54,064 bases of DNA from a virus (Duplodnaviria > Caudoviricetes): positions 1 to 54,064 of IMG/VR virus record IMGVR_UViG_3300042309_000278; one strand, given 5' to 3'. Numbering within the stretch: the first letter of the stretch is position 1; each line of letters opens with the position of its first letter. Of the stretch, positions 20,266-30,133 are shown piece by piece. Position numbers and translations under genes: made by a program. A model generated the notes under the pieces. That model searched no databases, was not told where the DNA came from, and was given only the letters and a program-made list of their open reading frames with translations.

Positions 20266-22098
20266 TTATAGTGCTGTGCCACCACCGTATATGGTGAGGC
20301 TTAGATACTGGAAATTGTCGCTGAATGTCGCACCCATAACATCGTAGACCTTAACACCAAATGTAAGACCTTGAAGACTATATGGATTTGCCAAGAACAT
20401 CTGCGTGGCACCAGATCCATTTTTAATCACAGTTGCTTCAACTATGTATTTTTCTTGATTTGCGGTTCCAAGTTCTGCCAACATATCGTGGGTGAAACGA
20501 TAATCTCCTTGCCCAACTCTAGAAACAGTCCACGTTCCGCTACCATAAGAAATATCTACCGTGCAACCAGCACCAGACGATGCTCTTGCCCATCTCTTTG
20601 CAGTATTCTTTGCGATAATTGCTCCACCACCAGACGGACCAAGGCGATAGATTTTCGCAACCGAGTCCTTTCTAGTTTTAATGATCCAAATGGCAACCAT
20701 GTGTTGTGGAACATTATTGTGTGCGCCATTAGCACCAGCATTTCCAATAGTTCCATTAACAGTTGGAGTAAGCCCATTTGCACTTATGTTTATAGTTCCA
20801 TTGACAGTATGGTTATGCGCTCCCGCTATATCTAAATCTGTGCCGCCAGTTTTCTTAACATAAACATTGTGCTGACCTTGACCTGTGGCAAAGGCTTTGT
20901 TTGATTCAATTGCTACATTTGGGTGTCTATGCCCATCTACTTGATTTGTAACGAGATTGAACGAAACTCCGATAGGACCAGATGTAGTGATGAATGATGA
21001 TAATGATATCCCGTGACTATGGATTGGTATCTCATCTGTAGTAAGAGTGTGTTCTTCTTCTCCACCGAATGTTCCGACTGTATAACTGTTGAATGCAGAA
21101 TTCTCAAGACCTGTAATACCCCGAGAATCGCCAATGATGAATCTTGCTCTCAAATCGGGTTTCTTAAATTCTGTTTTCGATGGACTCACTACTTTGTAAA
21201 CTGAATCTACGTCATCAAGACGAATGAGATCATTATTTGCTAGTTGATTATTGTGGTGGCTACCAGCAGATGCGCCGTCTATGAATAGTGGATTGACAAA
21301 TGCGCTAACACCCGTGACCTGTGTACCAGATGCATTGGGTGTTCCTGTAAGGATTGTGCATTCTATTTGTCCATCAATTCCTGCCTTGGACACAAAGAAC
21401 TTTTTACCTACAACATTAGTGGCATTGAGAACTTGTGTTCCAGTTGTCTGTATATCAAGAGTCATGCCCTGAATGAATCCATACAACTGCCCATCATTGA
21501 GAGCGGTATATAAATCAGAGTATGTTGTGACATTTAAAAATCCACCATCGCAGATAGACCAACCGTCTGGAATATCATGGGTTGTTCCTGCAAAAGCAAG
21601 AATGGAACCAACAGGTTGTATATCACTGATATCAACTGCCGAGTCTCCGACGATAACATCACCCGCCGTATTTACAACAACACCATCAACTTCATCGGTT
21701 CCATCAATAGTTGTTCCCGAGATAATGATGACAGGTTTGATTACACTTCCTGGTGAAGTGGGCGCAGTTGTTGTTAACTTTCCTGCGTTGGTGTCGGAGA
21801 GGTATAGAATATAAGATGATGTTGATCCACTGATTGTTGTCATCAATGAATCTGGTAGGGAGATTTCACCCGAATATACAATGGAGAAATCCGTAGCATT
21901 TATAGATTCAATGACTCCCAAGAAATTTGCATTGTTTTGAGAGTTTGCTTTTGCAAGCATGTATAGATCAGTGGCAGGATCCCATCGAACCACATCTCCA
22001 ACAGACAAAACATCACCTGTAAGACCAGCGTGGGTGATCTTATTTTTAACAGTTCTTGTATCGGCTAATGCTACTGGATCAAACGCGCTACTGCCCAT
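20266..22098 (-). CDS. Tail fibre with a phage tail-collar domain
   Basis: PVGSILAFAG...PDGWSICDG...YSDLY, PDLRARFIIG, GGEEEHTLT, HxH repeats and HNNVPQ...WIIK. Confidence 0.85.
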   Translation of the reverse strand: MGSSAFDPVALADTRTVKNKITHAGLTGDVLSVGDVVRWDPATDLYMLAKANSQNNANFLGVIESINATDFSIVYSGEISLPDSLMTTISGSTSSYILYLSDTNAGKLTTTAPTSPGSVIKPVIIISGTTIDGTDEVDGVVVNTAGDVIVGDSAVDISDIQPVGSILAFAGTTHDIPDGWSICDGGFLNVTTYSDLYTALNDGQLYGFIQGMTLDIQTTGTQVLNATNVVGKKFFVSKAGIDGQIECTILTGTPNASGTQVTGVSAFVNPLFIDGASAGSHHNNQLANNDLIRLDDVDSVYKVVSPSKTEFKKPDLRARFIIGDSRGITGLENSAFNSYTVGTFGGEEEHTLTTDEIPIHSHGISLSSFITTSGPIGVSFNLVTNQVDGHRHPNVAIESNKAFATGQGQHNVYVKKTGGTDLDIAGAHNHTVNGTINISANGLTPTVNGTIGNAGANGAHNNVPQHMVAIWIIKTRKDSVAKIYRLGPSGGGAIIAKNTAKRWARASSGAGCTVDISYGSGTWTVSRVGQGDYRFTHDMLAELGTANQEKYIVEATVIKNGSGATQMFLANPYSLQGLTFGVKVYDVMGATFSDNFQYLSLTIYGGGTAL

Positions 22099-22108
22099 CG
22101 TATTCCTC

Positions 22109-24688
22109 TTATAGTTCGGATTCCACTTGGAAATTTATAAATCTATCACCGGACGTTGTTCTTGTTATGCGGAAACCCTTGTCAGATTTCGCAATATTTG
22201 TTATTGTTGTTGTGCCACTCTCTTTAGTATCAACTGTAGAAGATGAACCGCGTCTGATATCGATTGGATATCTCACATCAAATGTACCAACATTCTGTAC
22301 ATAGATGCTGTCTGCGTCGGATGAAATAGAAGCAGAACCGCTAGTGACATCTTTAAACGGTGTGTTCACATTTGTCGTTTGATAATATCTCTTGCATCTG
22401 TTTAGTTCAGTTGTCTTGTCGTTCAACTCAAACGGTGATGCATTTTGACCATATTCAAACTGAACTTGTGCAAGATAGATTGAATAATCGTTCACACCAG
22501 CCAAATTTGGATTGATTGCTTCTGTTACGTCTTCGTCAACCAAATCTGAACCCGCACGAACAAAGAAGCGTATTTCCGGACCGTCATTACCACACGATCC
22601 GATCAATCCATTAGATGAGTCGGGTAGTGCAAATGTATGGCTAAATCGAGTCCATCGTGTTGGGAGAACCATAGTGAAACCAGGTTCCTTTTGAGAGTTT
22701 GGTTCAACACCCGTAGTTGCATAGTCTGGTGCAGTTCCACCACCAAAATCACGTCTGAATGAAACACCCAATCGTGCATTTGCTACTGAAGCCTTTGCAT
22801 AGAAAGAGATAGTTGCATATCCAGATGGGAAGTGTTCTATTCCTTCAACTCGTTGGAACAGATACGTTTGGCTTCCAGCCGTATATCCACCAGTCCCGAT
22901 TTGCATTTGCATTGCGTATCTAGAATACGCAGATGAATCTGCAAGATCTCCAAGAGCCAATGAACTACGATTTGTTGAAATGTTTAGTCGGTCTGCGGTA
23001 CTTCCGCCACTATTAACCAACTTCCAACGATCTGCATTATATCTGTCTGCTTCAGTTGTTGGATTTCTATATGAGAAAGTCGTGCCTCTTTGCCAGAAAT
23101 CGAAATTTCCATTTATCAACTTATTCTTGAATCCAGATCCGCTCTCAGGAATAAGAATGCTTGTGCCTGTGTCTGTATTGGTGTTGACCAACAAACCGAC
23201 ATAATTTTGCACAATACCCGACGTTGGTGTAATGGCAACCATCATCGGCTTTCTGACTTGATTTACTGTATTCGGTGGTTGTACTGTGAGAGAACCTTCT
23301 TCTGCTGCGAGGAAATATACTGATCCTGGTGTAAAGGTAAGACCCGAAGCAGACAAATCAATATAACCCGAAACAGTCATGAGAGATGCTGCTGAATTAC
23401 CCGCGTAAGTAACCTTGGAGATTATTCCAAGTGCTTCTGCTTCTTCGACATTATTGCAAGAAGCCTTTACATAAGAACCATGAGGCATTGTCGCTGACGT
23501 AATGCCTTCTTCAAAGCGAACGGTATCTCCTATAGAGAAGTAATTTGGATCATGCTTGATGACAACAGTCGATGCATTCAACTTAGAATAGAGCGTGTCG
23601 ATATCAACAACTTTATTGCCGACATAATTCATCACCATGGCTTTGTTTGAGCCGAGTGCATAAAGTATGGGCTTTCTAACCGTTCCTGTTATTGTTGGAG
23701 CAGTCTTTGTAATCTTTCCTGCATCTGAATCTGATAAGAAGTAAAACTCACCAGTTCCTAGCGCAGAGGTTGCATCTATACTAGCAATACAGTTAGCAAA
23801 ATTTCCTGTGACATATCCAATGGTGTTAACATCCACAATCTGACTTGTGCTATTAACATGGACTGCAATACCAAGAGATTCTGCGTTTGAAACATTGTCT
23901 GCTTTTGCTAGAGTTATTCCACCAGTATTTACATCATGACGAACAACCATACCAAAGGTAAGACCAATGGCAGAAATATTTGATACTCCATCAAATCTCT
24001 TGATGAGAGAGGAGTTTATCATTCTTGAAGAGCCATCACTAAGGAACGACATTGCTCCATAAGTGGCTCCTGGTGAATCGAAGTATGTTTCTACATCTAT
24101 GGTGTTTCCACCACCGTGTGTTGTCACCATCAACTTAGATGCTGGTGTATTATCATTTCCCTCACTCAAAACAAACTTGTTGTTTGCTGAATAAAGTTTT
24201 GCATCACCAGCAAAGGCAAGACTATCGCTAATTCTCCATGCGGTATAAGTCTTTCCTCCATCAAAAGCCTTCCAGAGGAAATACTTGTCTCCACAAGCAC
24301 CAGCGATTACGATACCACCACCACCCGCGTTGGTAATGATAGAATCGGAAGTTCCACCCGTTCCACCACTTGAGTTGACTGCACCGAGAACGAGGTTGTA
24401 GTCATCAATCGTGACAAGGTTTGTGTTTACCGTGGTTACGGTTCCATCAAACGTAATATTACCCGTAAAGGTATGGTCGCCAGGAACAACCGTGTCGAGA
24501 TATACTGTAGCAACACCATCATTGCCCTGATTAACCGCAATACCAGTTGCGCCGTCTACTTCATACACCTTGATGCGATTCAACTTGTCGATGATCTCGC
24601 CATTGGTGAGCGTATACCATTCATAGAAGGTATCAGCCAGTGTCAACTGCGGGATTATGTAGTTACTATTTGCTGGACCAGTCGGCAT
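22109..24688 (-). CDS. Tail fibre/baseplate-attached fibre with a C-terminal carbohydrate-binding-like domain
   Basis: N-terminal DTFYEW..TN attachment motif, two internal repeats, and NKLINGNFDFWQRG...ADRW...AQVQFE...ELNRCKRYYQ. Confidence 0.8.
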   Translation of the reverse strand: MPTGPANSNYIIPQLTLADTFYEWYTLTNGEIIDKLNRIKVYEVDGATGIAVNQGNDGVATVYLDTVVPGDHTFTGNITFDGTVTTVNTNLVTIDDYNLVLGAVNSSGGTGGTSDSIITNAGGGGIVIAGACGDKYFLWKAFDGGKTYTAWRISDSLAFAGDAKLYSANNKFVLSEGNDNTPASKLMVTTHGGGNTIDVETYFDSPGATYGAMSFLSDGSSRMINSSLIKRFDGVSNISAIGLTFGMVVRHDVNTGGITLAKADNVSNAESLGIAVHVNSTSQIVDVNTIGYVTGNFANCIASIDATSALGTGEFYFLSDSDAGKITKTAPTITGTVRKPILYALGSNKAMVMNYVGNKVVDIDTLYSKLNASTVVIKHDPNYFSIGDTVRFEEGITSATMPHGSYVKASCNNVEEAEALGIISKVTYAGNSAASLMTVSGYIDLSASGLTFTPGSVYFLAAEEGSLTVQPPNTVNQVRKPMMVAITPTSGIVQNYVGLLVNTNTDTGTSILIPESGSGFKNKLINGNFDFWQRGTTFSYRNPTTEADRYNADRWKLVNSGGSTADRLNISTNRSSLALGDLADSSAYSRYAMQMQIGTGGYTAGSQTYLFQRVEGIEHFPSGYATISFYAKASVANARLGVSFRRDFGGGTAPDYATTGVEPNSQKEPGFTMVLPTRWTRFSHTFALPDSSNGLIGSCGNDGPEIRFFVRAGSDLVDEDVTEAINPNLAGVNDYSIYLAQVQFEYGQNASPFELNDKTTELNRCKRYYQTTNVNTPFKDVTSGSASISSDADSIYVQNVGTFDVRYPIDIRRGSSSTVDTKESGTTTITNIAKSDKGFRITRTTSGDRFINFQVESEL

Positions 24689-24689
24689 C

Positions 24690-24860
24690 TCAGTTTCTCT
24701 TTACTAGAAGTTCGTTTACTTGCCTCTTAAGTATATTTATCTCGTCCTTAAGAGACTTTATTTCCTCTGTCAATTTTCTTCTATACATAATCTCCTTTTC
24801 CTTTTCAGGATTGGAGAAAACAAGTAGACCGTTGTTCTTATCTCTGATGTAGTCTTTCAT
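24690..24860 (-). CDS. Small coiled-coil protein (56 aa; below the ORF-track cutoff)
   Basis: Manual translation MKDYIRDKNNGLLVFSNPEKEKEIMYRRKLTEEIKSLKDEINILKRQVNELLVKRN; ATGA overlap with the upstream gene; fills the gap exactly. Confidence 0.75.
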   Translation of the reverse strand: MKDYIRDKNNGLLVFSNPEKEKEIMYRRKLTEEIKSLKDEINILKRQVNELLVKRN

Positions 24861-27800
24861 GAGAGTGCTACTACCTTGAGATTCTTGATGACAGGCACAA
24901 GGGCTTTGTTGTCCGTATACAAACAGATCTTTACAGCAAATGTGTCGAAATCTGATACTCCACTTAGAGTGTAAGACACTTCTCTGAAATCGGATGGGTT
25001 TGTTCCGCTGACAAAGGAATTGTCCTGATAGAATCCACTTGTGGTATCAAGAGTAAGTGCGCTGTATGGGCGACCAAGTTCTCCTGTAGCATCAGCGGTT
25101 CCAAAGATATATGTTTTAGCATATACATCCACTTTTGTGTTTTTTGGATTGTTTGTGTCAAATACAACCTTGAGTTCTTTTGCTTTTTGTCTGTTCGGAA
25201 TCTTCATCTCTCTTGTGATATATCTTGCGGTATCATCAATGCTGCCACTGAAGGGTGCTAGTTCGCTGGTCGTGTTTGAAGAACTGACTACGTTCTTCAC
25301 AACATATCCAACACCAACAACATTGCTTCTATCAAGATCAACCATGAAGGTATTCTTGCCTTGACTTTGATTACTTACCGTTAGTTGTAAATCTATATCT
25401 CCAGCATCATCAACTGTTCTCTCTTCTGGAAGAACGAAGTTTCTATAGAGAGTTGCTGAATAATTAGACCCACCAATATTAATCGTGGTGATGAGACTTA
25501 CATTTGGTGGGGTAAATGCATAAAGATTTGGTTGGAGAATAGCAACTCGTCGTGCCTTGGGGGGAAGAGCATTCTCAAGTGTGACGTTATCCACAGTTGA
25601 GAACTGACACCTATTGAGTTTAAACGTCAAATCTGTGCTTTGATCTGCTGATCCAATATCACTATTGCTTGCATTGAACAAAGATCCACCCATAAAGGTT
25701 GACGATATTCTTTGTCCCGTTGTAATATCCTTTTCTCCTATAGAAGCAGCAAACAAAGAATACTTTGTTGTGTTTGATCTAATGAGAATTGCGTATTGTC
25801 CAGGTTGCAAATAGACTGGAGATGAGAATTTAAAGTTTGTTGCAACAGGCTTTGTATTGTCTACAACAACATTACTAGGAGACTTAACAACAGTGCTGAA
25901 TGGAACGATGTAAGATGTCTGTGGTAGACCACTAACAGTTGGGCAAATCTCTATAGTAACGGGAAGTGTTGAATCCTTCTCGCTAAAGTAAAGATCCACA
26001 CTCTCCAAGTAGATGCCATCTGGGTGTTCATTTGAATCCACAAGGAATGTTTGAGCAAGTGGGTCAATCCATTGATCATATTTGGTCGAGTTAAAATTCT
26101 TTCCTCTTTGAAGTGGATTAGAAACAAACTTGTTGCTGCTTGGTGTTTGTCTTCTCAATTCGGGTAATCTGATAGATGCTACATCAATCGGATTATCTTT
26201 CTTAATTCCAACAACAGAATAAATACCTTCCGCTATAGTCGTGGCATTTGCAATTACGCCATTTGAGTCGTCAATGATTCGAACACCCTTTTCACCAACC
26301 AAGAACGTACCTGGTGCTATAGTGTATTGCACATTGAGCAATGCTCCACTATCTGATGTTGTGAAATATGTTGAACCAGAAACACCATTCAACGTGCATT
26401 GAGATGTAATATTAGTATTATCGAAGAAAACATAGACATTCGTCTTTGGTTTCATGTTGTAGGCACTAATGGTGATTGGCTTCTCTCTGACGTAAGGAAT
26501 CACACTCTGATTCAAAATCGTGTCAGAAGCGATATTAAGATAGTTCTTATCAGTTCTGATGTCGAATGAAAGAGTATCTTTTCTATTTTGCTGTGACTCT
26601 TCGGTGAACCTAGTTACTTGATCTCTTGCACGGAATGCCTCTTGAATGCCAGTCACAGCAGATTCTTTCTTACGGGCTGTAGAGAAGAACTTGTTGTTTG
26701 CTTTTCTTTCAGCATCAACATCAACTGCAATTCCACTCCAGTTACTTTCCCAATCTGCCCATTGAGTTCCGTGTCCCTTTGTATAAACATCATCGGGGTA
26801 GAGTTCGGCAGATATTGGTAGTTTTCTACCCATGTCACCAGAAACCCAAGCATCATTTCGTCCAGTGTCATTATTCTTTATATAAGGTCTTCTTATAGTG
26901 TCATACCAATAATCAGCATGAGGAGTTATCTTGAGTTGACCAACCCAATTAGGCAAACCAAATTGATTCACCTTTATTCTTGAACTTGCTTTTTGCTGTG
27001 CTGCAACTGGAGTTGCATGTTGTGTATATGAAGCACAGAAGATGTTGTCTATTGTGGTCGTTGTGCCAGCAACAACGCCTGTGTATTCAAACTTGAAAGC
27101 ATCTGATATGAATGCTGGACGAAGTTCTCCGTGTTCGAAGTCAACAGAGCATCTGTAGTCTTCGTTCATCACATCACCGATGGAATGTCCCTCAAATGCA
27201 TCAACCAAAATTGCTCTCTTGATTCCTTCGTTTCCATTTGAGAGAGTTAAATCTGTACTAGCAATGCTTGCTTCAAGATCTGAAAGGACAGCAAATTGCT
27301 CAAGATTGTCGATTCGATCAGAAAGATCATTTATATCTTTCATTGTAAATCGATCAACACCAGCACCTTCTCCCTTGATGTCTGCTGCGTTGAACGTGTA
27401 TGCAGGAACACTGATTGAATAAAGTGTCATGGCATCACGGAGATCTTCTGGTGCAACTGGTGACTCGTTTGCAGAACCGGGTATTCTGAATACTGTTGTA
27501 TCATCACCATCTGCCGCTATGTTGCGGGAGATTGCTATCTTATCGATGCGGGGGAGATATGCTTCGTGGTCATTGCGAATGCTGTTTTGCATGGTGTGTA
27601 CACCACCAACATGTTTGACAGCAACACGATTATCTGCTAATGGAGCATTTGTTCCAGAAACAAATGTACCAGGTGCACCAGTCGATCTAATTGGAACATA
27701 TCCCTCAACCACTAGATTGTGTCTGAAGTCAACCATATTTGCCAACTGATAGGCTTTGCCTGATGTTGGGCTAACATAGGTTGGTATATTTTCATATGAA

Positions 27801-30121
27801 ATACCCGCGTAGGAATTAGCAACAAATGGACCGCTTCCAGAATGCCTAAAGTATTTGTATGTTACGGTGAAATTGAAGGTAGTTCCTCTTTTATACAGAT
27901 ACAAGTATTCTGGCTTCACATACAGAACGCCCCAACTATAGAAAGAATCTTGTTGACCTGTATGGAAACGGAACCTATTAGTAATATCCAATCCTGTGGA
28001 ATCAACTATACTCTGAATTGAATTAACGTCTGTATTTGTAAGTCTAAAGAGTATTTGACTTGGATTTCCACTGTCATCAGATACGATCACTCGTTGCCAA
28101 GCGTTGTTGTTGACACGATTACTACCATCAGTACTTGGTATAAATGTGTCTACTGCGTCTGTTAGTGTTTTTGTCCTTATAGAAGAAAGATTTTGACCTT
28201 CTTGTGTCTCATACTTGGTCTTTCCAACAAGCCAATATTGTCCAGCAGTAAGACCACTTGCAGATATTCTTACTTTATCACCATCAGCAGAAATCACACC
28301 AGTCACTCTTAGTGTTCCTGATGGTAGTTCCGTCGTTGGTAACACAACCCTATACATCAATCCAGAGACGTTATTTAAAAGGTAATAACCATCAGCAGCA
28401 TCTATTGAAACAGGACTACCATCAGGAACTTCGCCCGTGGAGGTACACCAGTTGTAGTCAGATCCCAAATTCAATAATACATCTTTACTTTGTGTACCAT
28501 CAGCCCATGAGAATGATATTGATGCTTCTCTAATGTATTCAAGGCTATCAACAGTCTTGATCATTGTTGTTGATGCATTTGAATTGAGTGGATAGAGCAA
28601 TGTACGTTGATTAGGTGCTGTAACCACGGGAACCGCAGTTCCCTGTTCCACTGTTATATTTGACAACAACTTAGTAGAAAAAAAAGTCTTTCTATTAAGA
28701 TAGTAGAGATTTAGCGGATATCCATTTGTTGCTGTTAATCCTTTTGGGCTATAGTGTGATATAAGAGCGACAAATGGAATGGGTGAATTATTAGAGGAAT
28801 ATGTTGTGCTAGAAACTATAGGTTCTGCTGAAACTAGCCATGTAGTAAACGCCAATTTCTCTGCATTGTTCACAAATCCACCCGTACCGAATTCACCAAC
28901 GGTTAATGCTGCTGTCGCCCCGTATATTTCATACTCAACTGTGTAATCATCCACTCCAGTATTTTGTAGGGGTACAGTCAGATTACAGGTGTTGTCATAG
29001 TTTCCACGAATGTAGTTACCATAAAAATTGTTAGTTCTAATGTTCGTGAAATCGGCTGTAGTTCTTGCTTTTGGTATTTCAATGATGTCTTTAAATCGAC
29101 TCTCATACTCATAGCCATAGACGTATGCCTTACCAGCACTTATTTCTGCGTAAGCGAATGTATCTCCACCTTCTTTGAACGTGATATCAAAGTTGGATGA
29201 AACATAGTTGCCACTCTCTTCATATGTTCGTTTCGCAAACAAATCCATGATGTCAGAGTATTGCGTATAGTCATATTTCTTAACAACAGTTCCACCGATG
29301 TAATTTACAAGACTTATGAAATTTTCTGATGGGCTGTCAGCAAAAGAAAGAACAAGATCGATTTTATATCGGTGTGCGCCAGGAGCATTGTAGTTGTAAC
29401 TTCCGTTGGCGGGATCCTTGATTGTGTAGTCATCTTTCTCTGTAACTATTGTGTTTCTTACATCAAATCCCATCACACCAGTTGGGGTCGAGAAGTCACG
29501 AATAAAATTCGTAACTTGATATGCTGGTTCCAACTGATTGTCGGTTTTAACAAAAGAACCATTGATGTAGTAGATACCACTGCCAACAGATACAACTTTA
29601 GATTTGCCGCCATGCGGGACTGTAGAACTTGATGGTGCAACAGTTACTACTGATGCAGGGGTTGCATCTGTTGTGAGGGTGCTACCAGCAGTGAATGTAA
29701 CACCCGAAAGGTATGAAACAATAGCGACAGCATAGGGATCTGAATCGCTATATGTTGCAAGAAAATCTAAAACCTTTGCCTTTGCTACAACATTGCCGCT
29801 ACCGTCAACTTGAATGAGGTTGTTGCCAACGATATCTTCTGCGGTTAGAGTTGCAGATGGGCTTGCTACTGTTGATGGCAACAAACGAACAAAATCTAAT
29901 GTTTGAGTGGAAATTTCACCGCCAATTATGCGGCTTCCATCCTTGAAAATATGATTCCCGAATCGTTCAATTTGATTTTGTAAAATAGTCTGTAGTTGCG
30001 TCAGTTCTCTAGACTGTACCGCATACCCAGGACGGAAAAGCATCCGCAAGAACTTCTTGTCCTCATTGAAATCATCGTAATATGGACTTGTGTTGAAAAG
30101 TTCTGAATCGTAAGACGACAT
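24857..30121 (-). CDS. Large baseplate-associated structural protein (DUF4815/VrlC-like)
   Basis: PYYDDF...LFRPGYAVQSRELTQLQ, APGAHRYKI, RTYEESGNY and DPLAQTF. Confidence 0.85.
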   Translation of the reverse strand: MSSYDSELFNTSPYYDDFNEDKKFLRMLFRPGYAVQSRELTQLQTILQNQIERFGNHIFKDGSRIIGGEISTQTLDFVRLLPSTVASPSATLTAEDIVGNNLIQVDGSGNVVAKAKVLDFLATYSDSDPYAVAIVSYLSGVTFTAGSTLTTDATPASVVTVAPSSSTVPHGGKSKVVSVGSGIYYINGSFVKTDNQLEPAYQVTNFIRDFSTPTGVMGFDVRNTIVTEKDDYTIKDPANGSYNYNAPGAHRYKIDLVLSFADSPSENFISLVNYIGGTVVKKYDYTQYSDIMDLFAKRTYEESGNYVSSNFDITFKEGGDTFAYAEISAGKAYVYGYEYESRFKDIIEIPKARTTADFTNIRTNNFYGNYIRGNYDNTCNLTVPLQNTGVDDYTVEYEIYGATAALTVGEFGTGGFVNNAEKLAFTTWLVSAEPIVSSTTYSSNNSPIPFVALISHYSPKGLTATNGYPLNLYYLNRKTFFSTKLLSNITVEQGTAVPVVTAPNQRTLLYPLNSNASTTMIKTVDSLEYIREASISFSWADGTQSKDVLLNLGSDYNWCTSTGEVPDGSPVSIDAADGYYLLNNVSGLMYRVVLPTTELPSGTLRVTGVISADGDKVRISASGLTAGQYWLVGKTKYETQEGQNLSSIRTKTLTDAVDTFIPSTDGSNRVNNNAWQRVIVSDDSGNPSQILFRLTNTDVNSIQSIVDSTGLDITNRFRFHTGQQDSFYSWGVLYVKPEYLYLYKRGTTFNFTVTYKYFRHSGSGPFVANSYAGISYENIPTYVSPTSGKAYQLANMVDFRHNLVVEGYVPIRSTGAPGTFVSGTNAPLADNRVAVKHVGGVHTMQNSIRNDHEAYLPRIDKIAISRNIAADGDDTTVFRIPGSANESPVAPEDLRDAMTLYSISVPAYTFNAADIKGEGAGVDRFTMKDINDLSDRIDNLEQFAVLSDLEASIASTDLTLSNGNEGIKRAILVDAFEGHSIGDVMNEDYRCSVDFEHGELRPAFISDAFKFEYTGVVAGTTTTIDNIFCASYTQHATPVAAQQKASSRIKVNQFGLPNWVGQLKITPHADYWYDTIRRPYIKNNDTGRNDAWVSGDMGRKLPISAELYPDDVYTKGHGTQWADWESNWSGIAVDVDAERKANNKFFSTARKKESAVTGIQEAFRARDQVTRFTEESQQNRKDTLSFDIRTDKNYLNIASDTILNQSVIPYVREKPITISAYNMKPKTNVYVFFDNTNITSQCTLNGVSGSTYFTTSDSGALLNVQYTIAPGTFLVGEKGVRIIDDSNGVIANATTIAEGIYSVVGIKKDNPIDVASIRLPELRRQTPSSNKFVSNPLQRGKNFNSTKYDQWIDPLAQTFLVDSNEHPDGIYLESVDLYFSEKDSTLPVTIEICPTVSGLPQTSYIVPFSTVVKSPSNVVVDNTKPVATNFKFSSPVYLQPGQYAILIRSNTTKYSLFAASIGEKDITTGQRISSTFMGGSLFNASNSDIGSADQSTDLTFKLNRCQFSTVDNVTLENALPPKARRVAILQPNLYAFTPPNVSLITTINIGGSNYSATLYRNFVLPEERTVDDAGDIDLQLTVSNQSQGKNTFMVDLDRSNVVGVGYVVKNVVSSSNTTSELAPFSGSIDDTARYITREMKIPNRQKAKELKVVFDTNNPKNTKVDVYAKTYIFGTADATGELGRPYSALTLDTTSGFYQDNSFVSGTNPSDFREVSYTLSGVSDFDTFAVKICLYTDNKALVPVIKNLKVVALS

Positions 30122-30133
30122 CTGCTATTGCTC

